The notes: generated by a model not told the origin, from the sequence alone. A DNA stretch of 64,000 nucleotides from Candidatus Bathyarchaeota archaeon (GCA_963733055.1 CAVTBR010000001.1:736001-800000), one strand, 5' to 3'. Positions 50,501 to 59,871 are shown, counted from the first letter of the stretch. A program made the numbers and translations.

Positions 50501-50956
50501 ACTGATGATGTAGACGCGGGAAACTTGGAGAGCGTTTACAAGAAACTGGGGTCGATGATTGAAAAGGTGGGCCTGCAACTGAAATTGGCCGAGTCGATCA
50601 AAGCAGTGGAAGCAGGAGAGGTCGCGAAGAGAGTGTTATCGACTCATTTCATGCGAGACCTTACTGGAAACCTGAAGGCCTTCGCCGGCCAAAGGTTCCG
50701 GTGCACGAAATGCAATTCGAAATTCCGGCGTCTACCATTGAAAGGAGCTTGTCCAAGATGCGGGGGCAAGCTCTCACTAACCGTTTACAAGGGAGGTGTA
50801 GAAAAATACTTGACCGTAGCCCAGGATTTGGTCAAGCGATACGATTTGGGTCAATACCACGAACAGCGATTGTTACTTCTCCGTGAAGAGATCAACTCCC
50901 TGTTTAACGAACATGAGGAGAAAAAGAAACAGCCTACACTAGCGCAATTCGTTTGA
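47543..50956 (+). CDS. polC: DNA polymerase D large subunit DP2, no intein
   Basis: AGPIRSAGGT, GGFRLRYGR, RMGRPEK, AKRRDCDGDED and zinc fingers. Confidence 0.97.
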   Translation: MDATALSRHDLYFQGLKNQVDQIYDLARQARAKGLDPSRDPESVVTQDVAERVEKAVGPPNVASRIRELSLLMQRELVALKIAEEISLSKYGVDGERAAEQAVRTASAILDEGVTAAPIEGISSVRIRTNQDGSKYLAVYFAGPIRSAGGTDMALILVIADYVRHQLGLGRYKATELEAKRFVEELRLYEREVARFQFKVSDEELFNAVMRLPVEVNGVETDPVEVSAYRNVPRVDTNRVRGGALRVVHDGLIGRSHKVLKIIDSLGIEGWSWLKEIKPPVAEAEEAREFMFMEDVLAGRPIFSFPQFTGGFRLRYGRARNTGLAAIGLHPSTMIVLGKFIAVGTQLRLEKPGKAGIAATVDSIEPPIVRLKDGSVVRLSDAKRTEELLDSVDEILFLGDILIGFGEFLENNRPLLPSGFVEEWWSQLMELEATKHSGIRGFADHISVDESRILAYLNDSSGEYPTAEEAIRIAKRSNVPLHPKYTCFWENIAPQDFDYLRSKLIDRNQTTLSPNRISTKNDTMTKAILENLCVPHRVEQDLLIVEEDATVLHECLGLASQGGAVEGKDVFEKLFHASGMRVMRKAPVYVGARMGRPEKAARREMRPMVHCLFPIGLAGGSRRNIVETVAEHTIISVDLAYRKCQNCGNVTHFGKCEKCGTDTVGAFACQRCGIDTPDKVCPSCKGKAEAFTRRNVPIRDLFNAAQRRLSLTVTPESVKGVRGLTNQTKTPEPLEKGLLRAKYDVSVFKDGTVRFDATNAPLTHFKPVEIGVGVDKLIGLGYEVDVAGNPLTSNQCCSLRVHDIIVPETCGDYFVRVAKFIDDLLQRLYGLPPFYNAKNKEDLVGQLVIGLSPHTSVGVIGRIIGFTKASVTLAHPFWHAAKRRDCDGDEDSVSLALDILLNFSKLFLPSRIGGIMDAPILLTIGIKPREVARQAFNIESVNRLPLQFFDATQKRSDPKSQAAIIETVQNRLGSQAVLESLGFTQSTDDVDAGNLESVYKKLGSMIEKVGLQLKLAESIKAVEAGEVAKRVLSTHFMRDLTGNLKAFAGQRFRCTKCNSKFRRLPLKGACPRCGGKLSLTVYKGGVEKYLTVAQDLVKRYDLGQYHEQRLLLLREEINSLFNEHEEKKKQPTLAQFV

Positions 50957-50965
50957 GATGATAAT

Positions 50966-51241
50966 ATGGCAAAGCGCGGAGCGCTTCATCCCAAAGCCTA
51001 CCTTACCTCGAAACGTAACGTCAAGGCAGGATTAGTCGCACGAACTCGGATCCTCATAGTTCTTGAGAAAGACCGAAGGAGTGCACCACAGATAGCAAAA
51101 GAGGCCGGGCTTTCTTACGCATGCGTAACTTATCACCTCAAAGCACTTAGAAAGGACCGTTTGGTGGACCGACTGAGCAAGGCGAAACCTTTCGCATGGG
51201 GGCTAACCCCATTTGGGCAACAGAAACTGCCCTCTCAATAG
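50966..51241 (+). CDS. Small winged-helix DNA-binding protein
   Basis: RTRIL..L....SA..IA....LSY..V.YHL..L. Confidence 0.8.
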   Translation: MAKRGALHPKAYLTSKRNVKAGLVARTRILIVLEKDRRSAPQIAKEAGLSYACVTYHLKALRKDRLVDRLSKAKPFAWGLTPFGQQKLPSQ

Positions 51242-51340
51242 CCAACAACAGTCGCTAATAGGGCATTGTTCACAAGCATGCTAATTACCGGCCACTCACA
51301 TAGATTCCATACCAATACTTACGATCCCTCGGGAATCACG

Positions 51341-52106
51341 ATGCAAACAGAAGTGCGGTATACGCAACAACCCGAACTCCGAGACGCCGTAATGGTATGC
51401 GGCCTTCCAGGCATCGGCTCAGTTGCATGGTTAGCGGTCAACCATCTCCAGAAAGAGCTGAAAGCTCAACTGTTCGCGGAGGTCTACTCTCCGATGTTTT
51501 CCCCCAAAGTTTGGTTAAGTGAGGATGGAGTGGTTGACATGATGAAGGGCGAATTCCACTACTGGAAGAACAAGGATGGAGGATCAGATCTTCTTCTCTT
51601 CACAGCTAACGAGCAGCCCTATTCACCAGAAGGGCAATACGAACTCGCGGAGGTTGTCTTAGACTTAGCCGCGAAGTTCGCTACGAAAAAAGTGATCACG
51701 ATGGGTGGAATGGCTACGGACAGGTTTGCAGAGGAACCGAAGGTATACGCCGGTGCAACAGATGTCGAATCGGTGAAGGAGCTTGAATCCCTGGGCGCAG
51801 TGAAACTAGCCGGAGGCGCGATAACGGGAACCAACGGCCTCATATTCGGGCTCGCCAAACCAAAGAAAATACCGGCCATCTGCCTCCTAGCCGAAACCCC
51901 AGGCTACTTATCCTTAGATGCTAACGCAGCAAAAGCGGCTTTGCAGCTTGCGTCTAGAATGTTGAACATCTCGATAGATCTAACAGCGCTTGAGAAACAG
52001 GCCAAAGAGAAACGCGGAGGTTGTGCAAAAGGCCAAGGATCTCTCACATTCCTTTCCCCGCGAAGGCCGTAAGGGCGGCGAAAGGGAGCTGCCTTATGTC
52101 AGCTAG
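51341..52106 (+). CDS. PAC2 family proteasome assembly chaperone with an apparent 1-nt frameshift at ~52010
   Basis: GLPGIGSV, QP.SPEGQY, GG.ITG.NGL and CLLAETPGY; removing one A gives a C-terminus ...ERELPYVS*. Confidence 0.88.
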
Positions 52107-52125
52107 GAGATTCTAGGTCAAGAAA

Positions 52126-52287
52126 ATGAAAGTCATGTGCAACGAGTGTGGGAAGGTATCTGACCTCATGGCCTCAACGTCCTTGGCGATTGGTGAAGAG
52201 GGGCAAATGAGCACGTATCATTTCTGCTCTGAGGAGCATATGGCTGAGTTTGCGCGTAGGAAAGGAATCGCACTTGACAAGCATTAA
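52126..52287 (+). CDS. 53-aa TRASH/YHS-like metal-binding protein, below the ORF-track cutoff
   Basis: MKVMCNECGK...TYHFCSEEH. Confidence 0.7.
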   Translation: MKVMCNECGKVSDLMASTSLAIGEEGQMSTYHFCSEEHMAEFARRKGIALDKH

Positions 52288-52324
52288 CTCCCAGCCACGG
52301 CGATAGCTATCTAACACAGGAAGG

Positions 52325-52630
52325 TTGATCACAATGTCTGCCGCCGAAGAACTTCGATCAGCCTCCGCAACGTTCTCGGCATTAGGAAATGGTGTCAGGC
52401 TCCGCATTCTGCTGATGCTCATGGACAGCAAGAAACCGCTACACATTACTGCAGTAGCCAGTAACTTGAAAATGGATTACGGAGGAGTGTACAGACACGT
52501 CGAAATACTCAGAAGGGCAGGCCTCCTTCAAGTTTACGAGGTCGGCAGATCCAGAGTTCTCTCTCCCCTAAACATTGAGCAAGTACGCGACTTCATAACA
52601 AAAGCTAAAGAGTTCAACAAACGCAGATAA
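52325..52630 (+). CDS. ArsR/SmtB family transcriptional regulator
   Basis: FSALGN.VRLRIL..L and V.RHVEIL..AGL. Confidence 0.88.
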   Translation: MITMSAAEELRSASATFSALGNGVRLRILLMLMDSKKPLHITAVASNLKMDYGGVYRHVEILRRAGLLQVYEVGRSRVLSPLNIEQVRDFITKAKEFNKRR

Positions 52631-52732
52631 CAGCTTAGCTAACTCAACATAATAATATGTTCATTTCGTGAGATTGTCATAAAATAACAGTTAAGTAGTT
52701 GTGACTTTCTGTGCGCAGCGTTGGTGGTTTGA

Positions 52733-53422
52733 ATGGCGGAGAGTTTGTTTGCGAGGCGAAGCGTGAGTTTAACGGGGGCAGCAGTGATGGGTGCGCTCGC
52801 GGCTCTGATTACCGTCATACTCCCGGCTCGGATTCAACCGTCATTTCCAATATTGCCATTTCTAAGATTTGATCCGGCCGAGTTGTTCTCTGTCTTAGCC
52901 TTCCTTATCTTTGGCCCGATTCCCGCACTTGTAACTGCTACTGTTCATTGGATATTTCTCACGGCCACCGGAACTGATACTCCATTAGGTCCTGCGGTGA
53001 AGTTCGCTTCGGTGCTTTCGACGCTCCTCGGTTTGTGGTTAGGAAGCATAATGTACCGACGGCTAGCTGTGAACTATAATCGCATATCTTTCGCTCTTGG
53101 GACGATGCTTGCGTTTGCAATCATGGCTCGAGTCTTGATCCTTCTGGTAATCAACTACTTCGTTTTCACGTATGTCGGTCCAGTGATTTTTGGGATTGAC
53201 TATCTCGGTTTTAGTCAACAAACGCTCCAGGGCACGCTACACATGCAATTCGCAGGGCCATGGCAGGTTCTTACGACTATGTTGTTCTTTACGAGCGTCT
53301 TCAATGCTCTGCACGCAGTCTTCTCGGTGGCGGTGCCCTATGCAGTTTTCACGTCGCTTTACTCTAAGGTTCCCCAAATCGCTTCAGGTCATCCTTGGAT
53401 AAGCAGGTTTAGCAAGGCTTAG
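52733..53422 (+). CDS. ECF transporter substrate-binding (S) component
   Basis: FPILPFLRFDPAE...FGP motif; about 6 TM segments. Confidence 0.78.
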   Translation: MAESLFARRSVSLTGAAVMGALAALITVILPARIQPSFPILPFLRFDPAELFSVLAFLIFGPIPALVTATVHWIFLTATGTDTPLGPAVKFASVLSTLLGLWLGSIMYRRLAVNYNRISFALGTMLAFAIMARVLILLVINYFVFTYVGPVIFGIDYLGFSQQTLQGTLHMQFAGPWQVLTTMLFFTSVFNALHAVFSVAVPYAVFTSLYSKVPQIASGHPWISRFSKA

Positions 53423-53431
53423 CTGTCCCGA

Positions 53432-54370
53432 TTGGTTCGGCCATTGATCGTCGCATTAGCCGGAGGAGTTGGAGCTGCGAGATTTCTTGAAGGACTTATT
53501 CGAGTCGTGCCACAAAGACGTACCACAATAATCGGGAATGTTGGAGACGACATAGAATTCTACGGCCTTCATGTATCCCCTGACTTGGACATTGTCAGTT
53601 ACACTCTCGCCGGTTTGGTCGATCCAGTAAGAGGGTGGGGAATCAAAGGAGACACCTTCCACTGCCAAAAGCTGCTCCAAAGGTACGGTTACAAACCTTG
53701 GTTCAATATCGGTGATCGCGATCTGGCAACTCATCTCTACCGAACTGAACAAATGCGTAGAGGTAGAGAGCTGTCGGCCGTTACGGCGAGTATAGTTTCG
53801 CGTTTGGGGCTTGATGTGACTCTTCTTCCTTCAACTGACGATTTGCTTCAGACCTATGTTTCATCGGGCGGGAGTCGCATGCACTTTCAAGAATACATGG
53901 TCAGACTACAGACGAGGCCTAAGGTTAGGAGTGTTCTCTTCAAGGGTTCCGAGTCCGCTAGGCCTGGGCCCCATGTCATTCAGTCGATAAGTGAGGCAAG
54001 TGGGATCATAATTTGTCCGAGCAACCCTATCGTGAGCATAGGAGCCATTTTGGCCGTAAAGGGTATCCGCGCAGCACTTAGAAAGACAAAGGCGTCAATC
54101 GTAGGCGTCAGTCCAATTGTGGGCGGTAAGACTGTAAAAGGCCCGGCTGACAAATTGATGAAATCCTCGGGTATAGAGGCAAGCGCGTTCGGCGTGGCAA
54201 GTTGGTATAAGGACTTCTTAGATGTGTTAATCATTGACAAGGTTGACGCGCAGCTTGCGCCGGAAATAAGATCTCTCGGCATCAAACCGATCGTGGCTCA
54301 GACTCTCATGAAAACCATGGCAGACAAGGTTCACCTAGCACGGAAAGCGATAAGTGAATTCAGGCGTTGA
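53432..54370 (+). CDS. cofD: 2-phospho-L-lactate transferase (F420 biosynthesis)
   Basis: LAGGVGAARF, SPDLD, GDRD.ATH, HFQEY, PSNP.VSI and KGPADK. Confidence 0.95.
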   Translation: MVRPLIVALAGGVGAARFLEGLIRVVPQRRTTIIGNVGDDIEFYGLHVSPDLDIVSYTLAGLVDPVRGWGIKGDTFHCQKLLQRYGYKPWFNIGDRDLATHLYRTEQMRRGRELSAVTASIVSRLGLDVTLLPSTDDLLQTYVSSGGSRMHFQEYMVRLQTRPKVRSVLFKGSESARPGPHVIQSISEASGIIICPSNPIVSIGAILAVKGIRAALRKTKASIVGVSPIVGGKTVKGPADKLMKSSGIEASAFGVASWYKDFLDVLIIDKVDAQLAPEIRSLGIKPIVAQTLMKTMADKVHLARKAISEFRR

Positions 54371-55035
54371 GAAACTATCGGGAAGGACTTGTCGAAGTCC
54401 ATGCGATCGTTCCCGTGAAGACGCTGACGCTGGCAAAGACTAGGTTAGCGCCTGTACTGGACCCTACGGAAAGGGCCCGATTTTCGGTTGCAATGTTGGT
54501 AGATGTTCTCGAAGCCTTGAGAAAAGTCAAGAAGCTTCATAGCGTAACTGTCGTTAGCGCCGATCGTTCTGTTAGGAAAATCGCATGGTTGCATGGTGCC
54601 ACGTTGCTGTGGGAGGGCAAGAGTCGTGGTTTGAATACGGCAGTTCGACTGGCTATTCGAGATTCGAAATTCAAAGGCGCATCAGCGGCACTGATAATGC
54701 CTGCCGACATTCCGTTAGTCACATCCCGTGAAATCCTCAACTTTCTCGACCATGCCGCAGGTTACGCCGTGGCGCTTAACCCTTCGAAGGATGGGACCGG
54801 GACAAATGCTCTACTAATGCATCCGCCCGGAATAATTCGGCCGGTCTTCGGAAGAAACAGTTTTCAGAAGCACTTGGCTCTCGCGAATCGGCAAGGTCTC
54901 CCGCGCCGAGTAATAAGGGCGGGAGGTATCAGCTTTGATATCGACGAACCGAAAGACCTGAAACGGCTCATGAACCAGCGCGTGCGTAACGAGACTGGTC
55001 GTTTTCTAAGTGAGATGAGTCACCGATCTCAATAG
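54367..55035 (+). CDS. cofC: 2-phospho-L-lactate guanylyltransferase
   Basis: VPVK...AKTRL, GLN.AV, ADIP, GTNAL and DIDEP.DL. Confidence 0.93.
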   Translation: MRNYREGLVEVHAIVPVKTLTLAKTRLAPVLDPTERARFSVAMLVDVLEALRKVKKLHSVTVVSADRSVRKIAWLHGATLLWEGKSRGLNTAVRLAIRDSKFKGASAALIMPADIPLVTSREILNFLDHAAGYAVALNPSKDGTGTNALLMHPPGIIRPVFGRNSFQKHLALANRQGLPRRVIRAGGISFDIDEPKDLKRLMNQRVRNETGRFLSEMSHRSQ

Positions 55036-55095
55036 TTGGTAGAAAGGCAGATAGCACCACCATACAAAGCCTAATCGCATCGCGGTGAGGCATGG

Positions 55096-55989
55096 TTGAT
55101 CGAAATAACCTTCGGCTTCTTGGTACTCTGCTTCTTGGCCGCGGTGTTTGCGGGTTTCTTTGGGGGCCTTTTCGGGATCGGGGGCGGAGCCATCATCGTT
55201 CCATTTCTAACTGTGTACATGGGTGTGCCGATTCATCAAGCCATAGCGATAAGCCTCGTTGCAGTAATCGCGACCTCGAATGCCGGCGGGTCGTCATATC
55301 TGGAACAGAAGATCACGAACATCAAGCTCGCTATGTATCTGGAGGTCGCCACTACCATTGGGGCTCTAGTAGGTAGCGTTATCGCGTTGCTTCTTCAGAG
55401 CTGGATACTCTTTGCGATCTTCGGCATATTGTTGTGCTACGTAGCAATCTCTAACTTCAAGTCAAGAACACTGGAAGAGAGTAGGATTGCTAAGAATTCA
55501 TTTGCCAGCGTGAAACAGGATCGCATATCGAAATACCTCGGCCTCGCAGGCACCTATTATGACGCTTCACAGAAGAAGCGTGTAGACTACCAAGTCAATG
55601 GCTCCGCAGTTGGAGCTGCAGTCTCAAGCTTCGCCGGAGTCACAGCAGGGCTCCTCGGTGTCGGCGGTGGAATCATCAAAGTGGCAGCGATGAATCTCCT
55701 CATGAATGTGCCGTTGAAAGCCTCGGTTGCAACAAGCAAATTCATGATAGGCGTAACAGCCGCCGTCGGCGCGTTGATCTTCTTTGTTACAGGATTAGTG
55801 AACGTGTACGTCCTCGCACCTGTAGCGCTGGGAATCACGCTAGGCGCCACGTTTGGCACTTCGATTATGAACAGGATTCGTAGCTACGCTCTCAAGGTCG
55901 CGTTCGCCGTCTTAGTTACATACCTGGCGTACACCATGTTCGCGCAGGCACTCGCATCATTTGGAATCATCGTGCCGATGTTAGGGTGA
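55096..55989 (+). CDS. TauE/SafE family (sulfite exporter-like) membrane protein
   Basis: Two G.GGG repeats and ATSKFMIGVTA. Confidence 0.9.
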   Translation: MIEITFGFLVLCFLAAVFAGFFGGLFGIGGGAIIVPFLTVYMGVPIHQAIAISLVAVIATSNAGGSSYLEQKITNIKLAMYLEVATTIGALVGSVIALLLQSWILFAIFGILLCYVAISNFKSRTLEESRIAKNSFASVKQDRISKYLGLAGTYYDASQKKRVDYQVNGSAVGAAVSSFAGVTAGLLGVGGGIIKVAAMNLLMNVPLKASVATSKFMIGVTAAVGALIFFVTGLVNVYVLAPVALGITLGATFGTSIMNRIRSYALKVAFAVLVTYLAYTMFAQALASFGIIVPMLG

Positions 55990-55995
55990 GCCGTC

Positions 55996-56358
55996 GTGGC
56001 GGATTTGAATAAGGCAATGTATACTGTCCTTGTTGTAGGAATGATTTCAAGTACAGCAATTTACATACTCGGGTTAATCCTGTTCATCTTACAGAACCCT
56101 AACCCGATGCAGGCGACGTTGGTAACATACGGTAGCGTGAACGATTTTCTTCAGCAAATAATCGCCTTGCGTGCTTCAGCAATTCTAATGGTTGGGACAA
56201 TCGTGTTGATCGCGACTCCCATTACGCGAGTTTTCCTGTCGGTCCTGGTCTTCGCCGCGAATCGTGATCGGAAGTTCGTTCTCGTTACGGGTTCCGTGAT
56301 GCTGATTATGATTGTCAGCCTCATTTTGGGTTACTTCTGGCACCTAAGTATAGGTTAA
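55996..56358 (+). CDS. DUF1634-like membrane protein
   Basis: G..VLIATP.TRV...D..F pattern; typical partner of TauE. Confidence 0.8.
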   Translation: MADLNKAMYTVLVVGMISSTAIYILGLILFILQNPNPMQATLVTYGSVNDFLQQIIALRASAILMVGTIVLIATPITRVFLSVLVFAANRDRKFVLVTGSVMLIMIVSLILGYFWHLSIG

Positions 56359-56437
56359 TGAAATCAAGAAACCAGAGAGACTTCGGCGTAACAGTGAGGT
56401 ATTCAGGGCAAAGGAATTTAGAGGTCTATGGGTCCCG

Positions 56438-57805
56438 TTGAATGGGGTGTTTGATTTACAGAAACCAAAGGAGTCCCACGACAAGGTGCTGGAACTGCTA
56501 GAGCAGCACCATAAGTGGTTCTCCGAGTCGATACCATTGATCGCATCTGAGAACGTTCCCAGCCCGGCGGTGCGCGAAGCAATCGTTTCAGACTTCGCTA
56601 ATCGTTACGCGGAATAGACCTGGACATCTGTCAGATCTACGCAGGGATGGGTCGGGGAACGAGTATACGCCGGATGCGTATACATAGATCAAGTTGAACG
56701 AATCTGCATTGACCTAGCCAAAGATTTGTTCAAAGCGGAATTCGTCGATGTGAGGCCTGTCTCCGGAGTTTGTGCAAACCTAGTCGTGTACACTACTTTC
56801 ACGAATCCAGGTGATCGCATGTTGGCGATGGCCATACCCAACGGCGGACACATTTCCACTGGGAGAAAGGAGTTTAACGGAACCGCGGGCTCCGTTCATG
56901 GCCTTGACGTGGAGTATTTCGCGTTCGACAAGGAGGAGATGAATATTGACATTGACAAGACGAAGGAGAAGATACGGAAAATGGCTGAGGAGGAGCATAA
57001 GCCCCCGAAACTTGCGATGTTTGGTTGCAGCCTCTTCCTTTTCCCGCAACCCATTCGCGAACTCGCTGATACGTTGCATTCGGTTGGGGCAAAAATAGCG
57101 TACGATGCTGCACACGTTGCAGGCCTCATTGCGGGAGGACGTTTTCAGGATCCGCTGAGGGAAGGAGTCGACGCCGTATGCTTGAGTACCCACAAAACCC
57201 TCTTCGGACCTCAAGGTGGCGCCGTACTGTCGTTCGACAAATACGGAGATCAGATAAAGAAAGCGACATTTCCATCGAACACGAGTAACCACCACCTCCA
57301 TAATTTGGCCGGCAAGGCTGTCGCTTTTGCGGAGATGCTGGAATTCGGGAAGCAATACGTTGGACAGGTTATCGACAACGCGAAAGCTCTAGGCCAGGCA
57401 TTACATGAGGCGGGGTTCACTCTGCTGGGGGAGAGTAAGGGATTCACGGAATCGCACCAAATCGCAGTTGATGTAACGAAATTTACACTCGGAGGCGACG
57501 CCGAGAGGGCACTCGAAGCTGCTAACATCATCGTGAACCGTCAGCTACTCCCCGGCGACATCAAGGCCGGAAGGCACTATCAGAATCCGGGCGGCATACG
57601 CATCGGAACCTCGGAAATAACTCGGACAGGGATGGGGAAGAACGACATGAGTGAGGTCGCAAGCCTCATCAAAAGGGTAGTAATCAACAAGGAAGACCCA
57701 AAGAAGGTCAAACAGGACGTTGCTGAATTGCGTAAGAACTTCCAGGACGTCCACTACTGCTTCGAAAGCGCGAAGAATGCATACGAATACATCAAAATCC
57801 GATAA
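56438..57805 (+). CDS. glyA: Serine hydroxymethyltransferase, split by a 30-nt insert (exons 56438-56614 and 56645-57805); start codon uncertain
   Basis: Exon 1 LIASEN..S.AV....SDFANRYAE; exon 2 GWVGERVYAGC..., DAAH, STHKT and GIRIGT, all in the same frame. Confidence 0.93.
56615..56644 (+). other. Putative bulge-helix-bulge intron in glyA mRNA
   Basis: TAGACCTGGACATCTGTCAGATCTACGCAG starts with an in-frame stop and forms a hairpin; BHB-geometry cuts restore YAEGW. Confidence 0.75.
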
Positions 57806-57884
57806 CCATCCGGTTCCTGATCCGATGAGAATGAAAGTTTAATTGGGCGTCGTCCAAAACCAGCAAGCAGGTATCTAGCAAGCA

Positions 57885-58064
57885 ATGTCAACCGCACGAG
57901 AGAAAAGGCGCAAACGAGAATCGCCAATGCCCGCCGCCAGCGCAGGCTTACTTCGGTTCTTCGAAGAGGAAACCCCGGGAGTAAAGGTAAGGCCCGAGGT
58001 CGTAGTCATGGGGTCAATCGGCCTTGTCGCCGTGAGCCTCTTCATGTATCTGACTTTCAAGTAG
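57885..58064 (+). CDS. secG: Preprotein translocase subunit Sec61beta; not in the ORF track
   Basis: MSTAREKRRK...SAGLLRFFEEE..GVKVRPEVVV followed by one TM segment. Confidence 0.9.
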   Translation: MSTAREKRRKRESPMPAASAGLLRFFEEETPGVKVRPEVVVMGSIGLVAVSLFMYLTFK

Positions 58065-59082
58065 CCCTTCGCGCGAAGTCGGCTAACTTCGTCTGCGCGA
58101 GTACAGGTAGCGGCCCAGCCTTAATGCCTAGCTTCCTTTCTATCTGGGCTGACAGCAGATCTATGTATCCTGTGAAGATGAACACTGCTTTCGGGTTGAC
58201 GGCCGCGATAAATTGCATGAGCTGATTATAGTCCGCGTGACTACTCAGAGGGAATGCAGTGAAACTGCGAAAAGCTTCGCGTAGGGCCCAACCGGTCGCA
58301 ACTGCTCTTGAGGCATTGTGCGGCACTTGGTTTCGTCGAGTGGTCGTGACGTAGACACATCCTCTCGATTTCAACGCGTGCTTTCCCTCATCGGTCGAAG
58401 AATCTAGATAGTCAAGTTGAACGCCGTTTTCATTGTGAACAAGGTTTGCTGCCGCTATCCCAGGCGCGCATACGACTGGGATTTTGGTGTAGATGTTGAA
58501 GAGGCGGACGATGTCTTGTGGTTTGCCGGATGAGTAGACTTGGAAAGTCGGTAACTTGCCGTCATTAATCTCCGTCATCGTCCATCGTATGATGTCCGCG
58601 TATATGGTGTCTCTTTTGGGGAAGACGTATGACGGATGCCCATAGGTCGCTTCTATAATCAGAAAATCGCAACGTTCAGCTTTGGCTGCTTTGGTAGTCA
58701 GTGTATCCACACAATTGATGTCGCCCGTATAGAGTGCTGTAAATTCGGGGGTGATCAATTGGAACTGACATGAACCAAGCATGTGACCGGCATCGAGGAC
58801 CCTGATTTCGGTGTCATCAAATTGCATTTTCTCACCGATCCGTATGGTCTGATCATTCTTGACCGTGCGTTTTGAAAGTGATTCGTAGATACGAAGGGTC
58901 TCGGGTGTGGAGTGTTTTTTCGCGGAAGTTCCAAAGCCATAGGTATGGTCTGAATGAGCGTGAGTGATGAAGACGTTCCAATCCTCGCCCAACCGCCTGC
59001 CTAGAGTCGGATCGAAAAGGAGGCGGGACGAGCCCGTAGTCATTATTATCCCATTGCTCCACCCGATCGGCTGTTCCTGCAA
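58057..59082 (-). CDS. MBL-fold/beta-CASP nuclease
   Basis: THAHSDH, AGHMLGS, YTGD, EATYG and LSSHAD. Confidence 0.9.
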   Translation of the reverse strand: MQEQPIGWSNGIIMTTGSSRLLFDPTLGRRLGEDWNVFITHAHSDHTYGFGTSAKKHSTPETLRIYESLSKRTVKNDQTIRIGEKMQFDDTEIRVLDAGHMLGSCQFQLITPEFTALYTGDINCVDTLTTKAAKAERCDFLIIEATYGHPSYVFPKRDTIYADIIRWTMTEINDGKLPTFQVYSSGKPQDIVRLFNIYTKIPVVCAPGIAAANLVHNENGVQLDYLDSSTDEGKHALKSRGCVYVTTTRRNQVPHNASRAVATGWALREAFRSFTAFPLSSHADYNQLMQFIAAVNPKAVFIFTGYIDLLSAQIERKLGIKAGPLPVLAQTKLADFARRAT

Positions 59083-59114
59083 GTTGATTGCCCCTCAGTT
59101 TTGTATCCAAGTTC

Positions 59115-59762
59115 TCAGTGTTGAGTTACCTCTTGCAACCCCGCATACTGGCCAAACTTAACTGTCCGTAGTTCTCGACTTGTCAACTTGCGCTTTCTAA
59201 CTCTCCGCGGGCTTGGTGACACGATCGCGCTGTTACCGAGGGGATCCTTGATGACAAGTGTGAATCGGGGTTTCGAATCGCGTGCAGTTCGCATTTTCCT
59301 CAGCATTGTCTCCCCCTTTCTCAAGCGTTTACCTTTCGCCGTGCTGAGCATGAATGTTAGGGCGTCTTCTATTTTCGTGAGGAGGCCTTCTACGTTTGAG
59401 ATGTAACCCTCGCTGTATGGTCCTGGCGTAATGGTCGCTCCGAATTCCGGGATGCTGATCGTTGCGGTCCCGGACTTGATTACCCGCATGTTCAGGTCGT
59501 CGAGAGAATTTATCTTCGCAGTCAAAGCTATGGCCTCATGATTAGCGAGCGAGATCACATCTGAGCGTCGATAGCCGCATCTTTGGCATATTGCTACACT
59601 TAGCAACACAGTCCCGAAATGCTCTACCTCATATTCTGTTTGGCTAGTGAGCACAGAGGAATTGTCGCAGCTGGGACATTGCTGCGCGTAGTTCGCATTC
59701 ATTAACGAAGCCAATCGAGGTACATATTCGCTCCATATGAAGCTTGAAGGAAGTTGAATCAT
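59115..59762 (-). CDS. ZPR1 zinc finger protein
   Basis: CPSC...CQRCGYR, EGYISNVEG and DPLGNS. Confidence 0.92.
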   Translation of the reverse strand: MIQLPSSFIWSEYVPRLASLMNANYAQQCPSCDNSSVLTSQTEYEVEHFGTVLLSVAICQRCGYRRSDVISLANHEAIALTAKINSLDDLNMRVIKSGTATISIPEFGATITPGPYSEGYISNVEGLLTKIEDALTFMLSTAKGKRLRKGETMLRKMRTARDSKPRFTLVIKDPLGNSAIVSPSPRRVRKRKLTSRELRTVKFGQYAGLQEVTQH

Positions 59763-59871
59763 GTGAGTAGATTGGAGAAGAACGATTTAGAAGTCAAATG
59801 CCAAATGTTAAAATTAGGTTCTTGGGCTATCTTCCACACGTAACTAGTCGATTTCTCAGTGGGTGAATTGA

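Noticed and set aside
52008-52106. Altered PAC2 C-terminus
   Set aside because: One extra A explains it; the corrected end ELPYVS looks typical
56615-56617. Pyrrolysine or stop read-through at the glyA TAG
   Set aside because: Read-through would insert 10 residues between the conserved E and G of YAEG; no pyl genes are seen, and other genes here use TAG as a normal stop
57875-58060. Minus-strand 61-aa ORF
   Set aside because: It is antisense to the clear Sec61beta gene
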